A DNA stretch of 64,000 nucleotides from a virus (lineage: Duplodnaviria > Heunggongvirae > Uroviricota > Caudoviricetes): the IMG/VR virus record IMGVR_UViG_3300027766_000002. One strand, written 5' to 3'. The notes under the pieces are model-generated. The model was given only the letters and a program-made list of their open reading frames with translations, did no database searches and had not been told where the DNA came from. This document shows, in pieces, positions 1-9,867 of the stretch; the stretch's first letter is position 1, and every line of letters starts with the position of its first letter. A program made the translations under genes and the position numbers.

Positions 1-387
1 TCCGAAATACAGCGTCAGGCTATGCAGATGGCCGACATTATTCTTCTTCCGTTCCGCCCAAAGCGCCGTGACATTAAATCACTGCGTAACCTCGATCCGG
101 TTCTGGATAACGTGCGTAATACCAACCACAAGGTTCGAATCATTGGGGTGATGAACCAATGTCCATCCTTGCCAAACCAGGCGCAGCGTATTATCAACGC
201 CAAAGGTGTAATTGAGTCATTTGGCATCGAGCCTGTGCCGGTTAACCTTTACACCCGCAATGTTTACGACGATGCTGAAGAGTCTGGCCGCACCATCTTC
301 GAAATGGCTGGTGCTGAACGCGATCAGAAGGCGGAAACTGAAATCATCGAGCTTGTTGATTACCTGCTGAACCTGGAGAATAAATAA
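1..387 (+). CDS. parA: ParA-family partition ATPase, C-terminal portion; the ORF is open to the window start, so it is 5'-partial
   Basis: The reading frame is open from position 1. The C-terminal sequence (…VPVNLYTRNVYDDAEESGRTIFEMAG…) resembles ParA/Soj C-termini. It is followed immediately by a small putative centromere-binding gene. Confidence 0.5.
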   Translation, partial: SEIQRQAMQMADIILLPFRPKRRDIKSLRNLDPVLDNVRNTNHKVRIIGVMNQCPSLPNQAQRIINAKGVIESFGIEPVPVNLYTRNVYDDAEESGRTIFEMAGAERDQKAETEIIELVDYLLNLENK

Positions 388-776
388 TGGCGAAGGGTAT
401 GGGTGATTTGACCAAGCGTGTAACGCCACCAGCAGCTTCAGAAGCGAAGCAGCCGGAAATGCAGCCAGCAACACCATCTGCACCATTGCGCAACCCTGTG
501 AAGCCCCAGGGGCGCCCTACGCGTGGTAAGAGCAAGATTCAGTCTCGCACCATGTCGATGGAAGATGAGTACATTGAGCTGATTGATATGCTGGCCGTCA
601 TTCCTCGCTTTGACAAGTTCACACGTTCTGACGTAATCCGCGCGGCTATTTTCCAGCTATCGGAAAAAAGTCCTGCTGAAATCGAAGAGGCTATTAAGCT
701 GAACATTGAAGCGGTGAATGCAAGTGACGTTTCATTCCGCACTGAAGAGATAAAGCGGAAGTTAATGGGAAAATAA
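387..776 (+). CDS. Small partition or centromere-binding protein (ParG/ribbon-helix-helix-like, tentative)
   Basis: ATGA overlap with the parA stop. 129 aa with a basic N-terminal tail and a C-terminal segment (TRSDVIRAAIFQL) that looks like a ribbon-helix-helix motif. Confidence 0.35.
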   Translation: MAKGMGDLTKRVTPPAASEAKQPEMQPATPSAPLRNPVKPQGRPTRGKSKIQSRTMSMEDEYIELIDMLAVIPRFDKFTRSDVIRAAIFQLSEKSPAEIEEAIKLNIEAVNASDVSFRTEEIKRKLMGK

Positions 777-828
777 CTATTCTGAAGGCCTGTAAGTCAG
801 GCCTTTACATTTCAGTTGAGATAAAAAA

Positions 829-1572
829 ATGTTTACAACTAAAAGATTCTATTTAGCAATACTATTAATAAGTATTTGCTCAGCCTTGTTTGTATTTGCC
901 TTAAATGAAATTCCCGGTGGTATAGTTTCGATAATCTGCACGGTCATAGGTGCAATGGGCGCACTTGTTGGAGGATGGTCAACGGGTCGGGCGGTTCAAG
1001 ATGCGGAAAACAAAGCAAAGAAAAACAGTTTTTTCATTTACAAAAAACTTTATTATAGGAGGGTGTTAGTAAACTCATCCTACTCTTCAACTTCATCGGT
1101 TAAATTTTTAACACATAAATTAGCATTAAAGATCGCTGTTGCAATAGTTAAACTCGTTGGGAAGCGTGAGAAGAGTAGCAAGAAATCCGAATCTATTAAA
1201 TCAAAAAAACAAACACTAACTGAATTATATTTAGTCAAAGTAAAGATCAATATTTTCAAAGGTCAGATTGTAACATTTTTTGGTATGATTGGGGCAACCA
1301 CTATGACGTTGGCAATGCAGATGTCAAGCATGCCTGTTGTTGTTCTTCTATGGTACATAATAGTCCTTGAATGCCTTGAGCAAATAATTTCCTACCGTGT
1401 TCGTAAAGGATATTTTGGAGCCAATCGTTATGAGGCGCTTCAGTTGTTGAATTTCATTAATCAAAACAAAGATGACGAAGATGTTACTGGCGGTGGTAGA
1501 CAAGTGTTTAAGGCCGTAGAGGTTATAAAACAAGAAAGTGAATATTCTGCCACAGGGGAATATGCGAAATGA
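829..1572 (+). CDS. Hypothetical multi-pass membrane protein (AT-rich accessory gene)
   Basis: 247 aa ORF with about four hydrophobic helices and a lysine-rich central segment. GC is far below the flanking sequence. Confidence 0.5.
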   Translation: MFTTKRFYLAILLISICSALFVFALNEIPGGIVSIICTVIGAMGALVGGWSTGRAVQDAENKAKKNSFFIYKKLYYRRVLVNSSYSSTSSVKFLTHKLALKIAVAIVKLVGKREKSSKKSESIKSKKQTLTELYLVKVKINIFKGQIVTFFGMIGATTMTLAMQMSSMPVVVLLWYIIVLECLEQIISYRVRKGYFGANRYEALQLLNFINQNKDDEDVTGGGRQVFKAVEVIKQESEYSATGEYAK

Positions 1573-1976
1573 TTAACTCTGAGAGCGCCTCTAAGCTACT
1601 TAGCGTTGGGCTGAATATTCTGACTTTTCACCATCCTATTCGAACGGCGATTGGGTTAATTGTGGCTGTGCTTGTTTGGTGTTTGACAGGAGCATACCCT
1701 GGAATTATCTTGGCATTAGGAATGGAGTCAAATAGCTACTCTAGGTCTACTTTGTCAATTTCTGGCTTTATGATTATTCAAATTAAAACTATATACGATG
1801 GGGTTACTGGGCGAGGGGTCAGTGAAGAAGTTCAATCTATAATTAACGTAATAGAAAAATCACCTATGACAAATGTCCAAAAAAGGCTGAAATACAGTGC
1901 GCTTATTGAGGCGCAAATCGAAAGGTACAGTAAAAGCTCAAAATCTGAACCTGAAGATACGAATGTAACGGAATAA
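1569..1976 (+). CDS. Hypothetical membrane protein (AT-rich accessory gene)
   Basis: ATGA overlap with the upstream gene. 135 aa with two N-terminal hydrophobic helices. AT-rich. Confidence 0.45.
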   Translation: MINSESASKLLSVGLNILTFHHPIRTAIGLIVAVLVWCLTGAYPGIILALGMESNSYSRSTLSISGFMIIQIKTIYDGVTGRGVSEEVQSIINVIEKSPMTNVQKRLKYSALIEAQIERYSKSSKSEPEDTNVTE

Positions 1977-2186
1977 AGTTACCTGCTTCTGTATAATTAA
2001 TATGACTAATATATAATAATATACGGAAGCAGGTTTTTTAAAGTGCCTAACATCAACTTACATCTACCCATCCTACTTTCCTGAAATTCCCAGCCCGCTG
2101 GCTTACAATATTCCCGAAATCACTGCTTTAAAAAAGATTGGTAACTAGCTATCATTCATTTACGTATAACTAACCAGCTACCTACT

Positions 2187-2924
2187 ATGAGCAATTTCTT
2201 TTACCAATGCTTAGGCAACGACGACCAGTATGGATTCATGGAAGAGTGGGATTCGGCCGTCATGGATGAGTGGGTCGCTAAGAACATAGGGCTGTCTCGC
2301 TGTAAAGGCGAAGCTGACCTCTTCGAGACTAAGTGGTTTGATTACCGCGACATGCACCCACTTCAGGCTACAGCTGTATTTACCGAAGAGTACAAACGCC
2401 AGTACGCCAACATCATGCTCACTCACGGTCGTGAAGACTTCCAGAGTGCGCCTTTCAACACCGGTTTAAAACGAGTTCCGTTTCAGGATCAGTCTGCCGC
2501 CAACAAAACCTCACTTTGGAAGGCTCGTCAGTTTGCCGATCGCTACTGCGTTAATTACGGCTACTTCATTGGCACCGTTCTATCGATCGCCGCATCTCGT
2601 CTCTGGGACAAGCTGCCACGCCCTCAACATCTTTGGCAGCCAGAGCTGATTGAGATCTTCGAAGACAGATTGAAGAAACGCGCGTTAACACGTCTGGATA
2701 GCTCTCTTTGGGGTTCTGGCTCTTCTGGGGTAATCGTGCAAGGGGACAACGTTGAAATCCAGCGAGACTACTTTGAGTGGCTTCTCACGCAGATTGAAAA
2801 TCGTGAGCCATCCCGTCGCGTTCTGATTATCTACTCCGCCGTTTGGCTGACAGAGCTTCTGCCCGAACACATAGCGCTTCAGCGCTTCCCTAACGAAATC
2901 ATGGAAGCACGGTCACTGAATTGA
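2187..2924 (+). CDS. Hypothetical protein
   Basis: 245 aa ORF with codon usage typical of the window. Preceded by palindrome-like motifs at 2141-2188. Confidence 0.5.
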   Translation: MSNFFYQCLGNDDQYGFMEEWDSAVMDEWVAKNIGLSRCKGEADLFETKWFDYRDMHPLQATAVFTEEYKRQYANIMLTHGREDFQSAPFNTGLKRVPFQDQSAANKTSLWKARQFADRYCVNYGYFIGTVLSIAASRLWDKLPRPQHLWQPELIEIFEDRLKKRALTRLDSSLWGSGSSGVIVQGDNVEIQRDYFEWLLTQIENREPSRRVLIIYSAVWLTELLPEHIALQRFPNEIMEARSLN

Positions 2925-2980
2925 TTGCCTTCGCCCACTTAGTAAACTTAGTAAACTTAATAAACAAGTTGTTTAGAACG

Positions 2981-3021
2981 ATGGAAAAGCACATGAACAT
3001 GATTAAAGAGGTGGCGCAATG
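2981..3021 (+). CDS. Leader peptide uORF (MEKHMNMIKEVAQ) translationally coupled to the helicase gene
   Basis: It carries the conserved ATGGAAAAGCACATG initiation motif. Its TGA stop overlaps the helicase ATG (ATGA). It contains the AAAGAGG Shine-Dalgarno for the downstream gene. Confidence 0.35.
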
Positions 3022-4359
3022 ACCACCATTTGCCATACCGGACGCCCATTGTCAGAAGAGTTTGATGATGACTTCCAGAACCGATTAACAGCTTACTACT
3101 GCAAGGATCAGGAGTTCCTGTTGCGCGCCGGGGATTTGGTTGATCCGAGCCAATTTGAAAACGCGGCAAACGCAATATTGGTTAACCTGGTTTCCTCTTA
3201 CTTCCGCATGTACAAGAGCGCACCTTCCAGCACGGCCATTCTCGACCAGCTGAAGCGCGCGAAGAAAGATAAGACGATCCGCGAAGAGCTGTTCCCGGAT
3301 GTGGTCGGCGCCTTCAAGCGTGTATTGGGTGAGAAATTGACAGACACCAAATACATGATTGACCGAGTGGCCACTTTTGCCCGGAGCATAGCTTTTGATG
3401 ACGCGCTGATCAAAGCGGCCGAGCTAAAAGAGAAGGGTGACTTCGAACGCGCCATGGAAGTGATGGCCAAGGTGCAGCTGGTGGGCGCGAGTGACACCAT
3501 AGGCATCTACAACTATCTGGGCGAAGCGGCCGAGCGTTTAAAGCAGCGTGAGTATGAGGCGTCTGAGGATTACGTACCAAACAGCATCACTACCGGCATA
3601 CCGCTGCTGGATCGACTGCTGTACCAGAAAGGGTGGGGGCGTCGTGAAATGGTTCTCTTCATGGGCTTCGCGAAGTCTGGTAAATCGACGGCCATGGGTG
3701 AGTTCTCCATTAACGCTACTTTAAAGGGCTTCAACGTTCTGTACGTCTCGCTGGAAGTTCACACCGCAATCTTGTCTGACCGTTTCGACGCACGTCTTTC
3801 TCAAACCGAAATGACGAAGTTGATCGAGAAGCGTGACGATGTTCATAAGAAGCTGGCCGACCTGGGCGCCAGTACCGGTGTGGGCAATTTGTGGGTTGTG
3901 GAGAGACCGTCTGGCAGCTTGTCACCTGCAGACCTCGATCGATTACTTGAAGGCATGAAGTCGAACGGGATGGTTCCTGACATGGTCGTGGTGGATTACG
4001 CCGACCTGATGAAACCAACACGACGCAGCGGCGATGAACGAGCAGATGTGAAAAGCATCTATACCGATCTCCGCGCAGTCTTCGACAAACACAATGCCGC
4101 TGGCATCACTGCATCCCAGACAAACCGAGAGGGTGGGGCGTCTGAGGTAGCCACGATGATGCACGCCGCAGATAACATTGAAAAGGTGCGTATCGCTGAC
4201 CTGGTAATCTCGATCAACAAAACGGAAGAGGAAGCAACGAAGGGTGAAGCGCGCTTGTACTTTGCAGGCTCTCGTAACCAGAAAGGCAACATCAGCATCC
4301 GAGTAAAGCAGAACCTGGAGCAGATGCGGTTTATTCAGGAAATTCTCGACGTTATCTAA
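3019..4359 (+). CDS. DnaB-like replicative DNA helicase (RecA-fold C-terminal domain)
   Basis: Walker A motif GFAKSGKST, followed by Walker B-like VVVDYADLM and a helicase C-terminal domain. 446 aa. Confidence 0.6.
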   Translation: MTTICHTGRPLSEEFDDDFQNRLTAYYCKDQEFLLRAGDLVDPSQFENAANAILVNLVSSYFRMYKSAPSSTAILDQLKRAKKDKTIREELFPDVVGAFKRVLGEKLTDTKYMIDRVATFARSIAFDDALIKAAELKEKGDFERAMEVMAKVQLVGASDTIGIYNYLGEAAERLKQREYEASEDYVPNSITTGIPLLDRLLYQKGWGRREMVLFMGFAKSGKSTAMGEFSINATLKGFNVLYVSLEVHTAILSDRFDARLSQTEMTKLIEKRDDVHKKLADLGASTGVGNLWVVERPSGSLSPADLDRLLEGMKSNGMVPDMVVVDYADLMKPTRRSGDERADVKSIYTDLRAVFDKHNAAGITASQTNREGGASEVATMMHAADNIEKVRIADLVISINKTEEEATKGEARLYFAGSRNQKGNISIRVKQNLEQMRFIQEILDVI

Positions 4360-4450
4360 AAAATAAAGGCGTGGCAAAAATCGCCACGCCTCATTTCCAA
4401 TTCGAGAAATCAAGTTTCTCGCCCTGTTAAAAACAACAAGGGAAAAACAC

Positions 4451-4531
4451 ATGAGCGGCCATCATACCCCATCTTCCCTAATACACACAAAATTGCCTTC
4501 AAATTATGACCGAAGAGGATTGCTGGCATGA
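4451..4531 (+). CDS. 26-codon leader uORF coupled to the primase gene
   Basis: It starts at the conserved GGAAAAACACATG motif. It has no internal stop, and its TGA overlaps the primase ATG (ATGA). Confidence 0.3.
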   Translation: MSGHHTPSSLIHTKLPSNYDRRGLLA

Positions 4532-5643
4532 GCGACATTAAAGAGCTTTTGACCGAGCTGGACTTTGAGCAGTGGCTCGATACAGAGGGCATCATCTATC
4601 GCCGTGGTGGTGTCAGCGCGCGCGGTCGTGAAATAAACATCAAGGAGTGCCCGGTATGCGGCAGCTCCGGTTGGAAGGTGTATTTCAATCTGACCAACAA
4701 CGTCGGCAAATGCTTTGCGGGTGATCACCCAGAAGAGATTCAATTCAACAAGCTGGTATTCCTGAAGCATTACAGCGGCAAGTCACGCCGTGCATTTGAG
4801 GAATACGTGAACAATGCGCTGCTGGAGCAGGGCTGGGCGCCGAAACGAGAAGAGGTAAAACTGACCAGCGCCGTCGAGCTGGAAGGGCCGGTTTCGTTGC
4901 CGCGTCACTATGAGCTTCCGATCGAGGGTCAACTACCCACTTATCTTGTGGAGAGAAATGTAACGCCTGAGCTGGCCAAATATTTCGACCTTAGATACTG
5001 CGTAGAGGGCAAACATGCTTATGTGGATGTCTACAACGACCAGGTTCGTGGCCAAGATTTCGGTATGCGTATTCTGATACCAATTTACGACCTCGATGGT
5101 GTGATGAAAACCTTCCAGGGGCGTGACGTTACTGGCACTGCGGAGCGCCGCTACCTCTTCCCCATGACGTTGCCGGCGTCAGGTAAGTTTCTCTATAACG
5201 GCCACAACGCAGTGGGTAAACAGACTGTCGTGGTGAGCGAGGGTGCATTTGACGTTATTGGGATCAAGCGAGCACTGTTCGATGAGCCAACGCTGCGGGA
5301 TTACGTTGAGCCAATCGGGACGTTTGGTATGCATTTATCTGGTGTAACGACGCAGGACGAAGAGGATCAGTTAGGTGCATTCCTGACGCTCAAAGCGAAG
5401 GGGCTGAAGAACGTCGTAATGATGTGGGACAGTGAGAAGCAGGCAATCCGAAACACAATGGCCGCCGCGCGTAAGCTGGTGGGGATCGGACTTAACGTGA
5501 AGATTGCCTGTTTGGGCAAAGAGGGCGTTGACCCGGGCGACGCATCTGTTGAGGAAATCATCAAAGCATACTTCCGAGCGAAGCCCTACACTCGCCAGCT
5601 TGAGTTAATGGCAAAGGTAAAAGGAATAGCGGCTTTGGTCTGA
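4528..5643 (+). CDS. DnaG-like DNA primase (zinc-ribbon + TOPRIM)
   Basis: A CPVCGSSGW…CFAGDH zinc-binding motif and a TOPRIM-like VVVSEGAFDVIGI segment. It lies adjacent to the helicase. Confidence 0.65.
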   Translation: MSDIKELLTELDFEQWLDTEGIIYRRGGVSARGREINIKECPVCGSSGWKVYFNLTNNVGKCFAGDHPEEIQFNKLVFLKHYSGKSRRAFEEYVNNALLEQGWAPKREEVKLTSAVELEGPVSLPRHYELPIEGQLPTYLVERNVTPELAKYFDLRYCVEGKHAYVDVYNDQVRGQDFGMRILIPIYDLDGVMKTFQGRDVTGTAERRYLFPMTLPASGKFLYNGHNAVGKQTVVVSEGAFDVIGIKRALFDEPTLRDYVEPIGTFGMHLSGVTTQDEEDQLGAFLTLKAKGLKNVVMMWDSEKQAIRNTMAAARKLVGIGLNVKIACLGKEGVDPGDASVEEIIKAYFRAKPYTRQLELMAKVKGIAALV

Positions 5644-5708
5644 CCTAAGAAAATAAGTAGCTAACCACCAATCATTAATTATAATGGCGACCAAAGTTTA
5701 TAAGAGAG

Positions 5709-6491
5709 ATGAAGATGCACCCGAATATCACTCATGAAATCACAAAGCTGGTTAGAGATTCAAAGCTGCCGCTGAACGAAGAAGAGTTCGACTCGGTTGT
5801 TGTCCAGGCTATTCAGGCTGGAGCTGACAGAATTGCGACCGCAGAGGCTGGCAAGTTGCTGCTGGCCGACTATCCGTATTTGACGGTCACCATGGTTGTT
5901 GGCGATGTTCGCCCCAGCGTGGGAAACGAAGCGCCTCGATGCGCTGCGATCGTCAGCTTTATCAGCCGAATGGGAGATTCACCTGTCACACATACAGCCG
6001 CTTACTACAACGGCTACATTGTCCAGACCCAGACCGTTCTTGAAGAGCTGCACCGTGACGACCTATGGAAGTTCGTTGAGTTCATGGACGAAAAATGCGA
6101 AAGCGTGGAGTCCTCTTCGGCCATAAAAGAACTATGGGCAACGAGTGTGGTTGGTGACGACAACACTGCAAATATGAGTGTCCCGGAAGGCATGGTTGAC
6201 CTGGTTCTGGAAGGGCGAGGAACCGCCACCAAAGCGGCTAATGAGAAGAACTTCCCAGCGTTAATGAAATTGACCGGTGGCGATCGTCGCAAGCAGGACA
6301 TTATCAACGCCTGCAGTTCAGCCTGCGATGGCGTTATGGGCGAGTACGAACGTCGCCTGGTGAAGATGTCTAACGAAATGCCAATGTTGATGCAGGAAGC
6401 CAAATCATACGCTCTGCACACCGCTGAAGAGCTTCTGAAGCCTTTCCGCGACCGACAACACGCCGTCATGTCTGGCTGGGGAAGCTGGTAG
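5709..6491 (+). CDS. Hypothetical protein
   Basis: 260 aa ORF followed by a hairpin + T-run terminator at 6509-6530. Confidence 0.5.
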   Translation: MKMHPNITHEITKLVRDSKLPLNEEEFDSVVVQAIQAGADRIATAEAGKLLLADYPYLTVTMVVGDVRPSVGNEAPRCAAIVSFISRMGDSPVTHTAAYYNGYIVQTQTVLEELHRDDLWKFVEFMDEKCESVESSSAIKELWATSVVGDDNTANMSVPEGMVDLVLEGRGTATKAANEKNFPALMKLTGGDRRKQDIINACSSACDGVMGEYERRLVKMSNEMPMLMQEAKSYALHTAEELLKPFRDRQHAVMSGWGSW

Positions 6492-6508
6492 CCTGACAAA
6501 AACGCTAT

Positions 6509-6530
6509 AGCCCCGTATGGGGCTTTTTTA
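6509..6530 (+). terminator. Rho-independent terminator
   Basis: agccccgtatggggct hairpin followed by a TTTTTT run. Confidence 0.6.
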
Positions 6531-6571
6531 TAATTGCGTTAATAAGTGATTAGCTATTTTGGTGATACAGA

Positions 6572-7030
6572 ATGACAGTTTCAAAAACCGACTTTTCGAA
6601 GATCCCATCCATATCGGGCAACAACATGTTCAGCCTGAAGTGCGAGGAAGTGCTGATCCGCAAGGAGCCAACAAGGGCGAGTTACACGGTCTGCCAGCAC
6701 ACGATTCTGGCGTTCAAAGAAGGTCGGCTGCCGCCCGGCTCATTTAGTGAATGTGTAACGGCTATCCGCGGCGGCAAATGCAAAGCGCTGAAAATGATGG
6801 TCGAGGAAGTTCGCGCCGGTGAATCACTCTACTTCGAAGATTACGGTGCTTTGGTTGCTGAAGTTGCAGCTCGTAACAACCAAAGCAGTTTCGGTGGCCA
6901 GCGTAAGACCAAATCCGCGATGTCACTTCTGCCGTCGCGTAAATCAAAAGCAGAAGACACAACAAAAACGGGCGAGTTTGAGGCTATTACAGACCTCCAC
7001 TCAGCCTTAGTGCAAGAGGAAAACACATGA
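6572..7030 (+). CDS. Hypothetical protein
   Basis: 152 aa ORF. ATGA overlap with the next gene. Confidence 0.45.
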   Translation: MTVSKTDFSKIPSISGNNMFSLKCEEVLIRKEPTRASYTVCQHTILAFKEGRLPPGSFSECVTAIRGGKCKALKMMVEEVRAGESLYFEDYGALVAEVAARNNQSSFGGQRKTKSAMSLLPSRKSKAEDTTKTGEFEAITDLHSALVQEENT

Positions 7031-7431
7031 AAGTTTCGGATCTCAAAGTAGGTGAGCGCGCGTATTTCATGGTCGATTTGGAGGGGCAAAGAGCGTGGGA
7101 AGAATGTCGCGTTCTTGCTGTTTCAACATACGGCTATGCGCTTGAGCACAAGGTGAATGGCAAGATTGTGCAGAAGTGGTACGACGCTATTGGAACCGGT
7201 GCAGCGCTTCGATTCCGACGCCTCATCGAGTATTGGCATCAGTGGACAAACAAAGACCACGGTGGGGTTTACGAGCTGGTGATGTTCGCTAACCAAAAAG
7301 CCACCATGGAAGGTTTTGTTCCGACCGCAATCTTCAAATCGACATCGACCGGTGACATCTATTCGCTGCCGATCGAGCAGTTTCACGCTGAATTTACACA
7401 ACACGGGCCAGTACAAGGAGTGCCGTTTTAA
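7027..7431 (+). CDS. Hypothetical protein
   Basis: 134 aa ORF. Its stop overlaps the ligase start. Confidence 0.45.
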   Translation: MKVSDLKVGERAYFMVDLEGQRAWEECRVLAVSTYGYALEHKVNGKIVQKWYDAIGTGAALRFRRLIEYWHQWTNKDHGGVYELVMFANQKATMEGFVPTAIFKSTSTGDIYSLPIEQFHAEFTQHGPVQGVPF

Positions 7432-8753
7432 TGGAAAAGCTGATTACCCTTCGAGCCAAGCTGGATGACATCAAAGCGATGGGAACCAATGCTAAGAAAG
7501 AGGCTTTGGCCAAGCTGGACGACTTCGAGCAAAAAGCCGTGTCGCTGATGCTCAATCCATTCATCCGCTTCGGCATCAAGAAGTATAACGTAGCCCAGGC
7601 GCAGCTGGTGTCCACGCCAAGTGACCAGAAGGTATTGGATGTGTTGGATCAGCTGGCAACGCGGCAGCTGACAGGTGGAGCTGCCGTAACCGCAGTTGAG
7701 TCAATCGTTGGCTCTATGTGTGAGGCTGGTCAGGACGTGTTTCGTCGTTTCCTGCTGAAAGATCCGAAGGCCGGTGTCGGCATCAGCCTTTGCAACAAAA
7801 TCTTCTCGGCGCCGATTCCAGTGTTTGAAGTCCAGCTGGCCACCGCCTACAAGCAAAAGGGTGACAAGTTCCCATTCAAGCCTAACAAACACGCCAAATG
7901 GCCAATGATTGGAAGCATTAAGCTCGATGGGATGCGCGTGATTAGCGAGGTGATTGTGGGTGAAGAAGAGGTTAACTTCCTGTCGCGCACCGGCAATCCA
8001 GTAACGTCACTCGATCACCTTAAACCGGCAATGCTGGAGCTGGCTCGTGCTACCGGTCATCAACACGTCTTCTTTGATGGTGAGGCAACGGTCGGTTCAT
8101 TCAATGGCACTGTTTCAGCGATCCGCAAAAAGAATGTGAAAGCTGTAGGCGCTCAGTTCCACATCTTCGACTTCTTCTTGCCAGAGTGGAAGGCGTTGGC
8201 TAAGACCAAAGAGTACAAAGCCAATGGCATGAAGCTGAAGGAGCGTAAGGCTGCGCTGGTGGCGTGGTTCCGCAATGAGAGAAGCGAAGAGTCAGCGGGT
8301 GATTTAGTGCTGGTTCCCTTTGAAATCTACCTTAGCCATGAAGAGTATATTGCTCGATTCATGCAGCGTTTGGACGAGAACGAAGAAGGGGAAATGGCTT
8401 ACGACCCCAACTCTGTTTATGAATTTAAGCGCTCTCGTGCCTGGTGGAAAATGAAGGATGAGAACGAGGCAGATGGTGAAATCATTGGTTTCCTGCCTGG
8501 CGACCCGGATGCCGGCTTCGCACACACCCTCGGTAAAATCGTTGTGCGTTTGGAGGACGGTACGGAAGTTCGTACTTCAGGCTTCAAACATCAATATCTC
8601 GATGAGATCTGGCTGAATCAGGATAAATACATGGGGCGCATCGTGAAGGTCAATTTCCACGAATACACGCCTGATGGAAGCCTGCGCCACCCACGCCTTA
8701 AATGGCCAAGCTGCCTTCGTGATACTGAAGACAGGATCGGAGACAAGGAATGA
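7431..8753 (+). CDS. ATP-dependent DNA ligase
   Basis: Adenylation motif I KLDGMR (…GSIKLDGMRVI…). 440 aa, a size typical of phage ATP-dependent ligases. Confidence 0.7.
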   Translation: MEKLITLRAKLDDIKAMGTNAKKEALAKLDDFEQKAVSLMLNPFIRFGIKKYNVAQAQLVSTPSDQKVLDVLDQLATRQLTGGAAVTAVESIVGSMCEAGQDVFRRFLLKDPKAGVGISLCNKIFSAPIPVFEVQLATAYKQKGDKFPFKPNKHAKWPMIGSIKLDGMRVISEVIVGEEEVNFLSRTGNPVTSLDHLKPAMLELARATGHQHVFFDGEATVGSFNGTVSAIRKKNVKAVGAQFHIFDFFLPEWKALAKTKEYKANGMKLKERKAALVAWFRNERSEESAGDLVLVPFEIYLSHEEYIARFMQRLDENEEGEMAYDPNSVYEFKRSRAWWKMKDENEADGEIIGFLPGDPDAGFAHTLGKIVVRLEDGTEVRTSGFKHQYLDEIWLNQDKYMGRIVKVNFHEYTPDGSLRHPRLKWPSCLRDTEDRIGDKE

Positions 8754-8964
8754 CATTATGACTTCAACATAATCAGGTGCATATAGTTGTCTTAAATAAA
8801 ACCTAATCTTTTTTTGACGTGCTTTGCATCTTGTCAAAAAAAATCCAGGTTACTCATAACAAATCTATATTTATAGAATGAAGATGGCTTTAAAAATCTT
8901 CTAAATAGGCGTTGTAAGGTTGTGCCTGATAAATATGAGTAATTTCGAAAATTAGAGGTTTGCC

Positions 8965-9381
8965 ATGACAATGATGCTTAAGACCCTTAATGTAAATAAA
9001 TTTGATGTTGAACTCAAGGTAAATGAAGCGGTTGAAAGCCAAGAAATGGATATAGATCTACTTGGGAAATCTTATATTATCGGCCTAGTAAATATGACAG
9101 CTAGCACTTGTGCAACAATAGCAGCAACCAGACGAGTTGGAGGTTCAGACGCTGAGTGGAAATGGACCGTTATCCCCAAGGTATGCCCAAACTGCCGTGA
9201 AGACTTCCAGACGTGTTGTAACAAAGGAAGATACAGCCCTATTATGAGCACTGAATGCGATGATTCTGCTTTTGAATTATTTGTTGGATATATGTTAGAT
9301 AGTGATACAGCTAAAGGAACAATAATCAAGATTATACCTAACTGTCAGTATGCAGGAGGGTTAGTTGGACTTGAAGATTAA
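8965..9381 (+). CDS. Hypothetical Cys-rich protein (AT-rich region)
   Basis: 138 aa ORF with an AGAGG Shine-Dalgarno and multiple Cys residues. AT-rich flanks. Confidence 0.4.
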   Translation: MTMMLKTLNVNKFDVELKVNEAVESQEMDIDLLGKSYIIGLVNMTASTCATIAATRRVGGSDAEWKWTVIPKVCPNCREDFQTCCNKGRYSPIMSTECDDSAFELFVGYMLDSDTAKGTIIKIIPNCQYAGGLVGLED

Positions 9382-9477
9382 ATTTTACCTTAATATTTAA
9401 GTATTAAATGGAAGGGGTAAGTGCTAAATATCAGTTTTCAACGGACTAATTAACACCCAACCCGTAATAAAAGCATT

Positions 9478-9500
9478 AAAGCGCCTCTCTCGGGCGCTTT
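9478..9500. terminator. Bidirectional terminator hairpin
   Basis: aaagcgcctctctcgggcgcttt lies between convergent genes. Confidence 0.5.
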
Positions 9501-9534
9501 AATGCGTTGGGGATAACTATGAAAACCTCTGTTG

Positions 9535-9867
9535 TTACTGGTTTTTTAATCGAGTGAAAGAAATATAGTTACCAAAAAGCTTAGACAAAATTTTCTTTGC
9601 AAAGTACCAACCTACAGCAGCAGTGGTGGCCCAAACGATATAGGCAAAAGTATGATTAAAACCTAAAGTTAAGGCACAGAACTTTGCCGCATACCAGCCG
9701 GCTATCAAAGGTAACAGAAAGCCCAAAAACTTAAAGATCCCTGGGGTGCCATACTTGATTTCAGCCTTACATCCTCTGCAAACATTGGCACCATGTGGAA
9801 TTTCACTTCGGCAGTGTTCACAAGTTATGAGCCTTTGCTCTCCCATCACTTTTTCCCTTATGTGCAA
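9535..9867 (-). CDS. Hypothetical zinc-ribbon membrane protein
   Basis: CxxC…CxxC motifs at the N-terminus, followed by two hydrophobic helices. 110 aa. Confidence 0.45.
   Translation of the reverse strand: MHIREKVMGEQRLITCEHCRSEIPHGANVCRGCKAEIKYGTPGIFKFLGFLLPLIAGWYAAKFCALTLGFNHTFAYIVWATTAAVGWYFAKKILSKLFGNYISFTRLKNQ

Noticed and set aside
3943-4452. 169-aa minus-strand ORF
   Set aside because: It is antisense to the helicase gene.
6014-6499. 161-aa minus-strand ORF
   Set aside because: It is antisense to the + strand gene 5709..6491 within a co-directional operon. There is no RBS.
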